A stretch of 64,000 nt of DNA from Eledone cirrhosa (Eukaryota): the NCBI GenBank assembly GCA_964016885.1, contig OZ024745.1, positions 102,548,001 to 102,612,000 on the forward strand, read 5' to 3'. This document shows positions 1 through 13,290 of this stretch, in pieces. Made by a program: the position numbers and the translations under genes. How positions within the stretch are numbered: the stretch's first letter is position 1; every line of letters starts with the position of its first letter. The notes under the pieces were generated by a model. It was not told the origin of the DNA. It searched no databases and was given only the letters and a program-made list of their open reading frames with translations.

Positions 1-2580
1 TAAGAAACGAGGGAGCCAAAGCGGTTACCTGGGCCCGAGTGGCAGAGGCGAAAAGTGGCAACAAATCCACAATTCGGTCTTTGCAAGACAAAGATGGACG
101 CATTATACTTGTATTCCAGCAGATATGCGTGGCCTTCCAGCAGCATTTTTCACAACTGTTCGGGCAAAGCGGTACATCGATCGAGGTGATGGACTTCAGC
201 TCTTACCTCGACGGCGTACCGCGACTCTCGAGCACGGATGCGGAGAGCTGCGAAAGGCAGATCACAGCGGGCGCAATAGAAGATGCCCTGGGCCGCTGCG
301 AGAAACGCAAATCACTCGGTTTAGGTGGTCTACCCTATGAGTTTTACATAGGCATGCCAGACTTGTTCTCTGGCGTCCTCGAAGCGGTCTACTGCAACTG
401 GCAGCAGAACGGGAGGATTCCCAGTTCTGTAGGCAGAGGCGTAGTAACGCTGATCAGGAAAGATGAGAACAAGGGGGATGAGATAAGCAATTTCAGGCCC
501 ATAACTCTGCTCAACACTGAGTTAAAGATTTTGGCCAAGGTGTTAGCAGCAAGGCTGGCGCTTGTCGTCGAGAACCTGGTAGGGGAAGCGCAAACGTGTG
601 CAATGCCGACCAGGTCCATACACGACAACCTCCACCTCATGCGATACATCATAGAGAGGGTAGGGTGTAAATCTGGCTTCGATGGGGCTCTGATCAATAC
701 TTGGAGGCAGTTCTCAAGTCGGCCGGCTTCGGTCCCGTCTTCAGAGGCTGGATCGCTGCCATGCACACCAGCATCTGCTCGGCAGACAAGGTGAATGGCT
801 ACCTATCATAGCCATTCCAAATCATGCGTTCCATCCGTCATGGATGCCCTCTCTCCTCCATTCTGTATGTACTGACTCTCGAGCCGTTATTGCGGAAATT
901 GGAGCTGTTGCAGGGCATCCCGATCGAACCAGGACTGCGGAAAGCAGCGTCAGCCTATGCCGACGACATAACCGTAATGGTGTCGAAAACCTTGGAAATT
1001 AGGGTAATCGGCAACCTATTACAAGAATACGAAACGCTGACAGGAGCAAGACTAAACCCAAACAAGTCTGTCGGTTTGCAACTCGGCACATGGAGAGGCA
1101 AACCCATGCCTTCCTACAGTGTCGTTGGACGCTGGACGGAAGGACCGGTGAAATTGCTCGGGGTCTGGTTCGGTCCAGACCTCCAGGTGGACAAGAACTG
1201 GAACGAGGTCACGGCGAAGGTGTTTGCACTCACCCAGAAGTGGGCTGAGTGCAAACTCTCCTTGAAAGTTGGAGCGGAGGTGGCGAACACTTACATAGCG
1301 TCGATCATATACTACCGCTTGACAGTCCTGCCTTCCCCCGCGAATACCTTACCAAAATGGAACGCCTACTCTTCAAGTTCCTCTGGAAGAAACAGGCTCC
1401 ATTGGTGAGGAGATCCATCTGCTGTCAACACCCTTCTAAGGGAGGGCTGGGCATGCCGTGGCTGATGATGCGCAAACATACGCTGAGGCTACGCCATCTC
1501 CAAGTATTCCTGACCGGTGAACCGGTGTGGCTATCGTTTGTGAGACAAGCTCTTCCACAACTCGTCTCACTAACAGAGCTGCAGTCCTGGGTCAAGCGAA
1601 GACCGAAAATGGGTGCCTGGCACCTCGAGTGCCTACAGGCGCTCACAGCTCTCTACCAAGCGGAAACGGCAATCAGCGGAGACTCCACTTCGACATTCTA
1701 TAGGGGATTAGTGGAGGATAAGTGCGACGACGTTCTCGGGGAAACTCTAGGCATCGAGGAGGACGAACTGACCAGTCTGTTCGGGAGGACTTTCCGTCCA
1801 GGGCCTATGGATAACTTCCAGAGTTCTCTGGCCTGGCAGTGCTACCGAGGAGCTCTACCAGTTCGAGACAAAATCTACAGGCACAGACGCCCTGGCAGAG
1901 ATCCTGCCAAAAGGACCTGTCCAAGATGCAAGCAGGACATCGAAACCGTTCTGCACGCAATTGTTCAGTGCTCACGGGTGACCGATCTGTGGAATTATGT
2001 CGAACAGCTGCTGTCACGTGTGGGACGCATCCAGTTGTCAGCCGAGTCCATCGTGAGGATCACCCCGCCGCCTTCATTTAAGAACGAATGAGAGGCAGTT
2101 TTCCTCTGTCTGGTGGCTATGGCGAAAGAGGTAATATGGTGGACGAGGTTAAAAGGGCTGAGGGCAAACACCCTTCTCTCCGGAAACAACTTATCCTCTT
2201 CTTTAAGTATCACTTCAGAAGGAAGGTGAGAGTGGAGAGAGAGGTGCTACACCCCAATAAATTCGTGAAAGGTGGGTGAATGTGGCAAAAATGGCCCGAG
2301 TGAATGGGCCTTCTCTGTATATAAACCTGTAGGTTGAGGAAGATAAACAGAGGGAAGACGGGAACACCTACAAAACGTGTTCCTGGTGTTGAGGCTTGTT
2401 CAATCCACGGGGTGTAAAACAACCCTGCAGTAACGTTCCCCCCTACTGGGGATTTCAATTGTTATTTTATTATATATAGTTTATTGTTATTTATTAATGT
2501 TAAGGTTATTTTTATGTAAAACCCCCGCCGTCACGTGTTGTAATGTCCCATTTTGGTACGCCCCTGTGGCAAATAAAGAA
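1..2580 (+). mobile_element. L1/Tx1-type non-LTR retrotransposon, 3' part (5' end outside window), inactivated
   Basis: Consecutive frameshifted ORFs carry RT motifs (NFRPITLLNTELKILAK; IRHGCPLS; AYADDITV) and a C-terminal zf-RVT-like knuckle (CPRCKQDIETVLHAIVQC). An AT-rich 3' UTR ends in AATAAA at ~2572. Confidence 0.9.
39..2332 (+). pseudogene. Disrupted ORF2 (reverse transcriptase + zinc knuckle) of the Tx1-type LINE
   Basis: ORF pieces 39-794, 824-1408 and 1249-2091 join into one RT protein through frameshifts and stops. The expected D-x-x-K-A-F-D motif after GALIN (~700) is absent, which implies a deletion. Confidence 0.85.
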
Positions 2581-2585
2581 AGATA

Positions 2586-2914
2586 TCTATTTATATACTA
2601 CTAAAACTCTGTGATTGTGTGCTTATTGGGAAAATATTTTGAAAGGAAGTTGCCTCTGAAATGGGAATACAAATGGAATAAAACAAGTTTCGTGTAAATC
2701 TCGGCAGAGATACGGAGCTTTTCCGGGTACCTTCATAAATAGAGAGAAAAAGATGGAGAGAAAGAGATAGTGGTTGTGAGAGTAGATTAAAAATTTTATT
2801 TTACATTATATATATATCTGTATATATTTTAATTATTTAAAAACTATTTTTAAGTGAACATGATTTTTTATTTTTAAGTGAAAGTGACCCATCGGATCAC
2901 GGTTTTCTAGCCGG
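2586..2914 (+). mobile_element. Degenerate non-autonomous Helitron-like element
   Basis: Starts A|TCTATTTATATACTACTAAAA and ends with hairpin-like ACCCATCGGATCACGGTTT followed by CTAGCCGGT, a decayed version of the 3' ends at 6130 and 51179. Confidence 0.45.
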
Positions 2915-3459
2915 TACTATAGTAACACCAACATACACAAATCTATGGGTTACCACAAAAAGAACATTTATGAAGAGTCGCTAAAAATTTAAGAATCATC
3001 CTTTAACAGCCTTTCCATCACCAGAGGTAATTCTGCGAGCGTGCTGGCTTGCCTCAAAAATTATTAGAGAGGTTTTCCAGTGCTCCTCGTCATTTTTTGT
3101 TCTGGCAGCAGGTCGTTTGTCCACCCCTTTCGCTTGCCTTTTGTTGTTTGATAGTTCCTGACATTTCCAGATTTTATTCCATTCAGGAACTGAAGCAGTA
3201 GTTTCATATGTTCAACTGGTAATCTCGTCTGTTTTAACATGTTGCGGATGTCAAGAAAATTACATCGAAATATATAGCAATAGCCTACGAAAACGGTTGA
3301 CTGTCCACTGACAACAAATCCAAGATATAAAATACAAGAGATATTCTATTGGGTGGACAAATAAAAATGCGTCAGGGGAAATTTTCAGAATTTTCAGAAT
3401 TTTTCTAATCAGTTTGCAATACCGAACAACAAAAAAATAAACAATGTTATGGCACTCCG

Positions 3460-3762
3460 TCCGTTACGACGACGAGTATTCTTGTTGATACGAACAACAG
3501 AACGACCTGCGCATGAAATTAACGTGCAAGTGGCTGAGTATTCCACAAATAAGCGTACCTATAACGTAGTTTTCAGGGAGATAGCGAATGTCACAAGGTT
3601 TGACCTTCGAATTACAGGTACAACTAATTTTTGCTAGCTGAGTGGACTGGATCAACGTTAAATACAGTGTCTTGCTCAAAGACACAGCGCGCCGCCGGGA
3701 AAAGAATTGTTGACCTTACGATCGTTAGTCGAATACACTAACAACAAAGCCACGCCCTTTCA
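3460..3762 (-). mobile_element. tRNA-derived SINE (second type), degenerate
   Basis: The minus strand has a tRNA-like head followed by the TTGAGCAAGACAC core shared with the copies at 7916-8246 and 14355-14510. Confidence 0.6.
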
Positions 3763-3865
3763 CTTAACAAAATATACACCATGCTTAAATGTTGAGGAGT
3801 AATGTTGTTATAAACTGTATAATGATAGATATATTGTTTGTGTACATTTTCATCTTTATTCTTTA

Positions 3866-4376
3866 CTAGCAGAAAAACCACCCCTCAGGTGGTTTTCTGC
3901 TAGCATGCGTAGTGTGAATATTGATATTATACGCAAATATATATGCAATGTAGATATGATACGTCAAATAAAATCGTAATTAACAATATGCACAGAAATT
4001 GAAGAGAGACTGCTTCACTGTCTTCTGTAATCAGTAAAGTAATCCATGATACATTTAAAAAAGACGATATCTAATATATATTTGTGAAATGGGTGGTGGT
4101 TGAAATTCAGTTGTGCACGGTTAAATGGTAGTAGACGTGGTCGGACGGACATGAAAATTTACACACCTATGTAAAAAGTGCCAAGGAAGCAAATAGAAGA
4201 GGTTTCAAATCTCGAACTTGAAAAATGTGGTCCCTGGGGCCCCAAAACGGTCTATTTACTATCGCGTTCGGTGAGTTATTTCCCCCTGTTCTAATACTTT
4301 TGTCTTATTTACAATTTCATACAAATAAAGCAGTAAATAAAGGATTATGAGTTCATGCAATTGACTTATGTTTCGT

Positions 4377-4383
<7 letters not shown>
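3866..4383 (-). mobile_element. Possible non-autonomous Helitron
   Basis: On the minus strand it ends CTAG|T with a strong subterminal palindrome (CTAGCAGAAAAACCACC-cctca-GGTGGTTTTCTGCTAG, 3866-3904). A candidate A|TC start lies at the edge of the (TA)n at 4383. Confidence 0.5.

Positions 4384-4449
<66 letters not shown>
4383..4449. repeat. (TA)n microsatellite
   Basis: Perfect AT dinucleotide run. Other such tracts are at ~7121, 7326, 14101, 14880-15000, 15390-15528, 19490-19578 and 19746. Confidence 0.95.
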
Positions 4450-4453
<4 letters not shown>

Positions 4454-5000
4454 GAAAACGCTTTAATAAAAATAAATCAACTGTAATCTATGTATGCATG
4501 TATTTATGTGTTTATATGAGCGGGATATGCAAGTAAATCTTACTTTGTGGACAGCTCCCCCTTAGCATAATATTCATGCTAGAACAGCATATATTTGAAA
4601 GTTTTCAGGGAGTTGAATTACTGATTTTCGATCGGCAGCTTTAGCTTTGAAAAAATGAAATGTGCAGTGTAAACATTTTTTATTATTTCTCTGGGGATGA
4701 ATCTTCTGTCTTTTTCTATCTCTTTCTTTCTCTCTGGAAGAAATCAGCCGTAGTAAGACCTAAAAAATGGTTAGATACACCATGACGCACGTGCATCACG
4801 GTGGAGTTGAAAATTAGACTCAGAACATGGCATTGTGTGGGGGTGGCTCGCAGCCCAATGTTCCAGGGGGAGCAAAAGAAGAAGAAGGTGTGAGCTGGAG
4901 TCCTATCAAATATGTAGGTTGTGTCTTAAATTGAAGGTTTAGTAGAAACAATTCATGTATAGTTTTGTACTTTTCTTTTTGTCATTCATATATAAACAAA

Positions 5001-5600
5001 TCTACTATATAAATTGGAAGTGGTCGGACGTTGTATATGTAGGTGTAGTCGGATAAACGTCGAAATGGCTTGGTGGAATGCAGCGAAAATTTACACAGTT
5101 ATGCAGAATGACCCGAGGAGGCGTTGGGTCGACTTTCAAGCTACAAGCTTCCATGGTTACGGAGAAAATCCATGAAACGGGAATTTCCCATTCAAATTGA
5201 ACTGAGAGTAATCTGTGAACGCAGAAGTAAATATTTCGAGAAACGTTGCAACCGAACGAAAGCAGGAAGATGATATTTTGGTTCGTGATGACGTTCCCTG
5301 GCAACGGGAAAAAAGCGAGGATAATACGTCGTTATGTGGAGCGCAAAGAACAATTTCATGCAAAGACAAGACCAAGTTTATGGTATAAACGGAGTCGTTA
5401 GACTGATATTCTATTTAAAATAACAGAATGATTTCCAGCCCCGGAGTTTAAGAATGATGTAAATAAAATTGAAAACGAAAATGACAGAGGTTATTAAAAT
5501 AGTAAAAGTAAATAGTGAAGATTTAGGCCAGTACATACGTATGCCCCGACGGACATACACATACATACGCACACACAAATACATACACCCCCACGCACGC

Positions 5601-5672
<72 letters not shown>

Positions 5673-6130
5673 ACGCACCCGCGTATGTATAAACCTAAGT
5701 ACATTTCTACAGTATTTTTACCAAACTTAAGACATAGGTTACTTATGTACTCCAGATGGTCATGGGCACTGTCAATTTTCCAGATATTGAATATAGGGCC
5801 CCCCAGCAGATAACCCCTTTAACCACTTTAACCACTTCCTTGGAGTCGACTGAAGTACTGCAGTGCAATGCAACAAAACGTCATAACTTCTGGAGTTCGC
5901 AACCGATTTTCACAAAACTTGACACATGGGCTACGTTTGTCCTACAGATGAATGTGAACTCTCAGAATTGGCACATATTGGGTAGGGAACCCCTGGGGGC
6001 AGGAACCCTCTTTTGGAAAAAGCCGATGATTTTGTAAAAGTATAGTTTTCGAAGCAGCACTGAAGTATTGACATACATGGTATACACAACTGCTATTTAA
6101 TATCCGAGCAACACCGGGTACCTCTGCTAG
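5001..6130 (+). mobile_element. Non-autonomous Helitron
   Basis: A|TCTACTATATAAA 5' end; 3' hairpin TATCCGAGCAACACCGGGTA followed by CCTCTGCTAG|T; no TSD, as expected for an insertion between A and T. Contains an internal (CA)n at ~5605-5670. Confidence 0.8.
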
Positions 6131-6193
6131 TATCTTTATATAAGCGATATGATATAGGGTCCATTATATCATAACCGGATGTTATATCATAAT

Positions 6194-6381
6194 GGACGTG
6201 GGATTGGCAGTATCGGTAGAGGGTCGGACGCTATGCTTTGCAGCACAGAGTTACGCCCCTTTATGATCTGAGTTCAAATCCCGCCAAGGTTAACTTTGCC
6301 TTTCATCCTTACGGGGTCGATAAAATAAAGTACCAGTAATGCACTGAGTAATTGCTGGCCTTGTGCCAAAAGTAGAAACAA
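6194..6381 (+). mobile_element. Major tRNA-derived SINE (~190 bp), full length with TSD
   Basis: A-box-like TGGCAGTATCGG, B-box GAGTTCAAATCCC, core GCCTTTCATCCTTACGGGGTCGATAAAATAAAGTACC and tail GTAGAAACAATTAT. TTATATCATAAT is duplicated at 6182 and 6382. Resembles recalled octopus SINEs. Confidence 0.9.
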
Positions 6382-6448
6382 TTATATCATAATCGGAAGT
6401 ATTGGCATTTGAAAATTTAAAAAGAAGTGAATCTTAAAATAAGCAATC

Positions 6449-6751
6449 ATTATATATAAGGTGGATTACTTTGGATTATTAAGGTGGATTATATATAAGG
6501 GGTTGACTTTGCCTTTCATCCTTACGGGGTCGATAAAATAAAGTACCAGTAATGAACTGGGTAATTGCTGGCCTTGTGCCTAAAGTAGAAACAATTATAT
6601 ATAAGGTGGATTACTTTGGATTATTAAGGTGGATTATATATAAGGGGTTAACTTTGCCTTTCATCCTTACGGGGTCGATAAAATAAAGTACCAGTAATAT
6701 ACTGGCGAAATTGCTGGCCTTGTGCCAAAAGTAAAAACAATTATATATAAG
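6449..6751 (+). repeat. Tandem pair of 5'-truncated SINEs, each preceded by the same ~50-bp spacer
   Basis: ATTATATATAAGGTGGATTACTTTGGATTATTAAGGTGGATTATATATAAGGGG plus the SINE 3' half occurs twice, with a period of ~146 bp. Confidence 0.85.
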
Positions 6752-6892
6752 AATATTTATCTTTAATCAACAGCTACGAAATTTAGTAGATAAATTATGT
6801 AATATTCATTCGTTGTTTATTCACAGTAATCCAACTTATTTTACTAACGGGATAAAAAAATATATATTCAGAATACAGTCCCGCACTCCTCC

Positions 6893-7077
6893 CTGGCAGA
6901 ATAGGTAGAGCATCGGACACCCTGCTTCGCAGCATAGAGTTGCGTCCCTTCATGTCCTGAGTTCAAACACCGCCGAGGTTAACTTTGCCTTTCATCCATA
7001 AGAGGTCGATAAAATAAAATACCAGTAATGCACTGGGGTAATTGCTGACCTTGTGCCCAAAATAGTATAAACAATTA
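6893..7077 (+). mobile_element. Major SINE copy
   Basis: Same head, core and tail as 6194-6381. Confidence 0.85.
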
Positions 7078-7118
7078 TATTATGATTATCTAAACGTGTT
7101 TTTCAACATCACCTATTT

Positions 7119-7159
<41 letters not shown>

Positions 7160-7320
7160 GTGTGTGTCGTATTCCGTTTATTTTTCGCGCGTACACACAC
7201 ATATATATACATATATATTCGAGTGATTAGTGGCCTTTAGACTCACCTGATCAATGAAACAATTGTTAATACTTGAAATAAAACCCTTTTTTACAGCCGA
7301 CCATGTTATTCTTCAATCTT

Positions 7321-7387
<67 letters not shown>

Positions 7388-7799
7388 CATTAATTCACTA
7401 ATTTAATGTAACATAGAGCAGTAAAAAATGGACACACTGTCTCTTCCACTTCGTAATCTGTTCCTACTTTCTCTTCTCTGCTAATATATTGGACCCTGTT
7501 TTCATCTCTTCTTTTCAGTTACAGCATATATTGGTTTGTAGTACATTTTATTTTATTTTGATTGTAAATAGTCAGAAGACCAATTGTCTTGTCTTATGTC
7601 GATTTGTTACTATCCTTTGTACAGTGGAGTTATTGATATCAGCCTTAATTCACCGAAATCACAAGGACCTCCAGAGAACGACTGCTGAGAAGGGACTGTC
7701 CTGTGTTTCGTCCGTTTTTTCATAGTCTTTGCCCAACATTTAAAAAATTAATTTTAGAAGATCTTAGCTGTGCAGTTTATTCTTTCAAAGTGATATATC

Positions 7800-8290
7800 C
7801 AGTGATGGAAATGGGGTGAGAGTGGACAGGAAAGCAGCATTTCTTAACTTTTTAGCTGGAGGAAGCTTATACCATCTCCTTGCTCTTTCCTAACCTCAGT
7901 CTCACAGACCTTTGAAGACCCCATTCAGTCATGAATGACCTTGTGACTTGCACCTAAAAAGTTTTCCCCCAGGGCACAAGTCCGGGAAAGGTTGTTTAAG
8001 TCCAGCAGTCACCCATGCATACCAGTCTCTCCTCTCCACGCAACTGATGATGTCCAAGGGAAAGATTATGGCCAATACAGCTTGGCACAGGTGATGTCAC
8101 AATTCATTTCTACAGCTGAGTAAACTGGAGCAACGTGAAATAAAGTGTCTTGCTCAAGGACACAACGCATCACCCGATCCAAAAATCGAACTCACAACCT
8201 TTTGATTACAAGCCCAAAGGTCTAACCACTAAGCCATGCACATTCATGCCTTAACATGCCTCTATTTCCTAAAACCTACTTCCATCACTG
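7800..8290. mobile_element. hAT-like MITE with a nested minus-strand SINE (~7916-8246)
   Basis: TIRs CAGTGATGGAAATGGG / CCTACTTCCATCACTG. The 8-bp flanks GATATATC and GATATATA match at 7 of 8 positions. Confidence 0.65.
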
Positions 8291-9899
8291 GATATATATC
8301 CAAGAATGTATGTCACTCAATAAAATAATTCTGCTCTCAAAAATCTCCTAAAATATACACTAAAAAGAGAACTATCTTTGTTTTATTGCAATAGAGAAAG
8401 TATATGTTCTATTGGAAAACCTTTTGTGCTTAAATTATGTATTCTCTCCCACTTTCTCTCTGTGCACTTTTCCATTTTTGAAATATCTACATCGATACTT
8501 TTTTTCAACTGTCTTATTTAAAACCTTGCAACACCTCTAAATACTATCTATGACACCAAACCCATCACCAGTTTGGGAGAGGTATTGCCATTCAATGCCC
8601 CCTGCCCCAACGTCTCACTGGTGCTCTCTCAAGTATAGTAGATAGTATTTATAACAAGCAGTCTTAGCTTTTAATATTAGAATAATGGTTTTTGTCTTGA
8701 ATTTTAGTTCTTAACACCTTCAATGAAATGACAAAAAACACCATTGTAAAAGTATTTGAAGGTTCTATTATGAAATGGAGATTTATGTTTTGATTCAATT
8801 GCTATCAGATAATATACAACATTGTACCAGCCTTTAATTAGTTTAGCAAACTTAATCTATTTGATTCAGATACGATGCCATGTCAACTACAATTGTTTAT
8901 CATCTTTAACACTATGGTAAAAATGAGATTTCTGTAATTCATGAGTTAACATGGTAGACCTTGATTATAGTTTTCATTTCATTCTTAGACTGCTTTCAGT
9001 TACAGTTACCATTTATTTTACAACCCAGGTGGTTATTTATCATGCAGTTAGACAACTGGGAAGTGGTATACGACTAGATTTGGTCAGATCATCCATCTAG
9101 GGGATGAACAACTCCAAATTCAACTGTCTTGCAAGTAGGGTAGTTCATTAATTATGGTTAAAAAATATCACTCTCTTTTGAATGCTAGGGATAGCAGAAA
9201 TATTGAAGAGGAGCCAGGCAGACAGTTTCATGTCAAAATTTGCTAAGTTCCTGCTAACTCCTACATCCAGTTTCATCTGTCCTAACCATGTTTTGTCACT
9301 GGATGCAGATGATATATTATTATAGGAAGACACCCCTACAGATTTCAGTGAGAAATAACTATTTTCTTCATATTTTTTGTGTGCTATCAATTAAACTTAC
9401 CTCCTAATATGGTGCAAAGGACTGAAATTGGTGGGGTGAAATGTCTGAGGGCCATCCCCTTTCTGCCCTCCCGGTGGGGATGTCTTTCTATAAATTTAGC
9501 CCAGATGATTTGAGATGTAAGAATGAGAATGATGTTGGATACTTTCTCTTCCCTTTAAACTAGTTTATGTGCAAGTCATGACTTTGAACCCACGTATCTT
9601 AGGTGATGGTCATCATCAATCACCAATGGTCAGTTACACAATCCACAATCGTTTTAACATAATGATACAATAGTGAAAGAAAATATCAATACAATCAAAG
9701 ATCTATTATAGAAATGATTCAGTTTTTGAACTTGTGCTTAGTGATGATTCTAAGGAAAATATTACCTACTCTGATAATAACAAAGATTCTGAGCTTCTGG
9801 GAAATATGCTCATATTTCCATGACTTCCTGCATTCAACCTAAATTGTCTTCTTTTTTTGGGGGGGTGGGGGTCATGAAGCTTAAAATGTGATGTAAAAA

Positions 9900-11870
9900 T
9901 TTGAAAACAATTTATTCTTAATGCTGAATCTAAGACTACATCTTTTATACACATCTGTAGCGATGGAAAATGGAATTATACATCTTATGAAAGATTTTAA
10001 AATCAAATTTCAACAATCAGATAATTCTTCTTTTATTATAAAATCTTATTGAATTCATGATTCTGCTAATACTGAAAATATCACAGTCGTTGTAAGGTTT
10101 GTAAAAATGGTAGTCATATCAGAAAGCCTGATAACTTTAACTATGAATAGAGATTTAAAAGTTGAAAGCTTGACTAAGATTATGGGCTCAATCTGAAAAA
10201 CATTTTATCTCAATAACGTCTCACTATACCTGTGGCATCTAAAAAATAATGATTTCTACTATAGGCACAAGACCAGCAATTTGAGGGAGGGGAAAGTCGA
10301 TTAAATTAAATCCAGTGGATTACTGGTTCTTTATTCTATCAACCCCATAAGGATGAAAGGCAAAACTAACCTCGACAATAATGCTACAGAAACTGGAAAG
10401 GAAATCTCATATGTGAACTGCTTCAGTAATCAGTTGCATTTGGTTGCAGTCCATCCAATTGAAAAGATTAATAATGTTGAATTGATTTTTGGAGCATGTA
10501 AAGCTATTTATAACTTCCTGCAGAGACTGTAGTTGTTCATTGCAAACAAAGGTACAAATTTGTAAAATCTACTGAAACAACAGTGGTCAGGAGATTTATC
10601 AACTGTGGCCACTATACATTCCAATCATAAACACAGTGTTAGTGTTTCAATATGCAGAAAATGACAATTCTGATATAAGCATCAGAATTTAATAGCCTCA
10701 AATGGTTCTTTGGTATCATTTTTTTTTTTTAACGATATCATGAACATTGTTGATGCACCAAATAAATAGTTACAACATTATGACTGCAATTTTTCTGAAA
10801 GGGTCCATCTTATAAATACTGTATTGAATATTTTGAAAGAGATGAGAATAACTAGAAGAAAATTTAAGGGCATCTTCTTTCAGGCAAGGCAATTTTATTG
10901 AAAAGGAATGTTCAATTTAGCAATGTAAGAGAAGTGTTATAGAACTCTTTATATATCCATTGGTATCAATATGCATGGCAGAACATGGAGATTCTGTCAA
11001 CAAATATCTGTTTTTAGTAATATCTGAGAATAACATTTTCAATAGCAACATTAAAGAACCCGAACAGCACTTTACTGAATGTCCCACAAGGATATTTGCA
11101 GCTATAGAAGCATTGTCTCTTGAATCAGAAGCATTCTTTGAAGTTTCAAATTTATCTCTTATTTCTGAACTTCTTAACATAAATGACTTGGATAGTTCAT
11201 TTCATACAAACTATGTATTGCCAAACATTACATTTTAGAAAACATTAGCTGGTAGATATTTGTTCTTTACTATATCCATTTCAGGCTAATTTTTCAAGGC
11301 ATCTACATACAAACTGTAAGCTATACCCATCACATTTGCTGCTAGTAATGCTTCTTGCAAGTTATCTTTCTCTACTCTGATTTATACATTTAGAAGGGTC
11401 TTAGGAGTAATGTTACTCAATAAAGTGTGTAATTCAGAGATCAGAAAGTCACTCCAGTAGTACTGCTACTTTTCCAAATTGGGCATGTGGTTAGAATGTT
11501 TCAGGAAAGAATCACTAGACAGATTTTACGGGCAAAACCAACTGGCAGGAGATTCAGAGGTAGACCTTGAACCAGATAGTTGGATAACATTCATGAGCTT
11601 GACTGGTCAGGATTTGGGATCCAGCCAGATCAGTTGGAGATGGAAACTTCTGACATGACCAACTGGAAAGTGTGCTTGAGAACTCTACCCCATGACCCTC
11701 TCAGGAATAAGTAGGTAAAGAAGAAGACCCTATCACAGTTCTATGATTCTTCAACAAAAGTACAATATTATTAGACTTATACCCATCAATATTACACAAG
11801 AGACCTAAACAGAAATGCTTTTTAAACATTTTTATTCGATGTTAAGAAGATTACAACTATTTTAATATCT
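9900..11870 (+). pseudogene. Fossil hAT-superfamily transposase (ZMYM1/P52rIPK-like), interrupted by a SINE (~10245-10380) and an RTE 3' fragment (~11395-11725)
   Basis: Manual translation across stops gives motifs in the correct order: YTSVAMENGIIHL; FIIKSY*IHDSANTENITVVVRFVK; YVNCFSNQLHLVAVH (CxxH region); NLLKQQWSG (RW region); AIEALSLESEAFF; ITFAASNASCKLSFSTL (C-terminal dimerisation domain). Confidence 0.75.
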
Positions 11871-12339
11871 TTTTTAGTTATTATTACTTAAAATAGTTTT
11901 TCAATAATTTCATATATTTTGTAAATTATTATCAGAACAAAGTTTAGAAATGTAGTCATTTTTACGTCTGAGTTATATAAAAACGTTCTGTCGTCTATAC
12001 AACAGCAGAAGAATATTCAAAAGCCCCACCAGAAGAGATTATAATCAAGAAATAGCCATAATGAATGGAAAATAAAAAGCACCAAACTCAGGGGAACAAA
12101 GTCAAGATAATAGATAAGGAACAACACTGGAAGATATGATGACTGAAAGTATTGGCACATATTCTTGACTCTAAGAACTTTCTCTGGCCTTGTATTAACT
12201 CTATTGGAACATTAATTAGGAAAGAAAAGACATTCAGCTGAAGACTATAAAAGATTTAGATAAATATAAATACTTTAAAATAAGCAGTTTTGTATCATAA
12301 AAGCAGGAGTGCTTTCAGATAGTTTGATATCAGGAGGGT

Positions 12340-12563
12340 TAATAATGGTTTCTTATATAGGCACAAGGCCAGCCATTTTGGAGGAGGGGAAAGTCAATTA
12401 AATCGACCCCTATTGCGTGACTGATACGTTATTTTATCAACCCCGTAAGGATGAAAGGTAAAGTTAACCTTGGCGGGATTTGAATTCAGATCATAAAGGG
12501 CCGTAACTCTATGCTGTAAAGCATGGCGTCTGACCCTCTACCGATACTGCCAATCCACTGCCC
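12340..12563 (-). mobile_element. Major SINE, longer-tail variant
   Basis: Reverse complement of the SINE core, with an extra GGGGTCGATTTAATTGACTTTCCCCTCC segment that is also present at 27111-27325 and 59970-60170. Confidence 0.85.
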
Positions 12564-12741
12564 CAGGAGGGTCAATAATGATAATTCGTGATTCAGTCAA
12601 GTATCTCTTTTGAATCACAAGTGACTCTTCAATAGTTCAGTTCATCCACTGATAAGCATTCTATTAAGTTTTAACATTACTTTTTGGTGGCAAACTGTGT
12701 CTGACTTATTCCCTTTCTCTTTTTGTTAGTAACAGCAATTG

Positions 12742-12778
<37 letters not shown>

Positions 12779-12924
12779 GCATTTGTCTTTTTCCTCTTCT
12801 TCTTTCTCTTTCGTGCTAGCAATATTTTTTTCTTTCTTCATACACTCTTGTTTTTCTGTCTGAAGCAACTGTCCTTTCTTTGTTTATTTCTCAGTATGAC
12901 CATGTGTGTGTTTATATATGTATA

Positions 12925-13178
12925 TATGGTATGGACATGTGATGCGCATGGAGGATGACCGCTGGGTAAAGAAGTGCCAAGAAATCCCAGTAGAAGGAAG
13001 ATGCAGTAGAGGTAGACCACGAAAAACATGGGTGGAAGTGGTGAGAGCAGATCTCAGATCGCTGAAACTCACCGAGGAGATGACAAAGGACTGTGACAAG
13101 TGGAGAGATTCTGTGCTGAATAGGACCCGTCCCACCATTGCAAGCAAGGAAAAGCGGACATAAAATGATGATGATGAT
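12925..13178 (+). mobile_element. RTE-clade LINE 3' end fragment
   Basis: Encodes WYGHVMRMEDDRWVKK...RGRPRKTW and ends in a (GAT)n tail. Related fragments lie at 32415-32606, 39330-39590 and 40630-40800. Confidence 0.85.
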
Positions 13179-13290
13179 ATATGTGTGTGTGTTTTCATAT
13201 TTATTAAGACTTTTAGGTAACATTATACATGTTCACGAAAAATAATATATATACATACACACTCTCACACACACACACATATATATCTAT

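Noticed and set aside
6194-6290. tRNA gene
   Set aside because: The A and B boxes belong to a multi-copy SINE head, and there is no cloverleaf.
7218-7325. Hammerhead in a TA-flanked island (GAAACAATTGTT)
   Set aside because: There is no intact CUGANGA with a helix II; at most it is a remnant.
9401-9488. Possible minus-strand host exon (TTTATAG ... AG|GTAAGT)
   Set aside because: It has no recognisable peptide or partner exons, and such splice-like motifs arise by chance.
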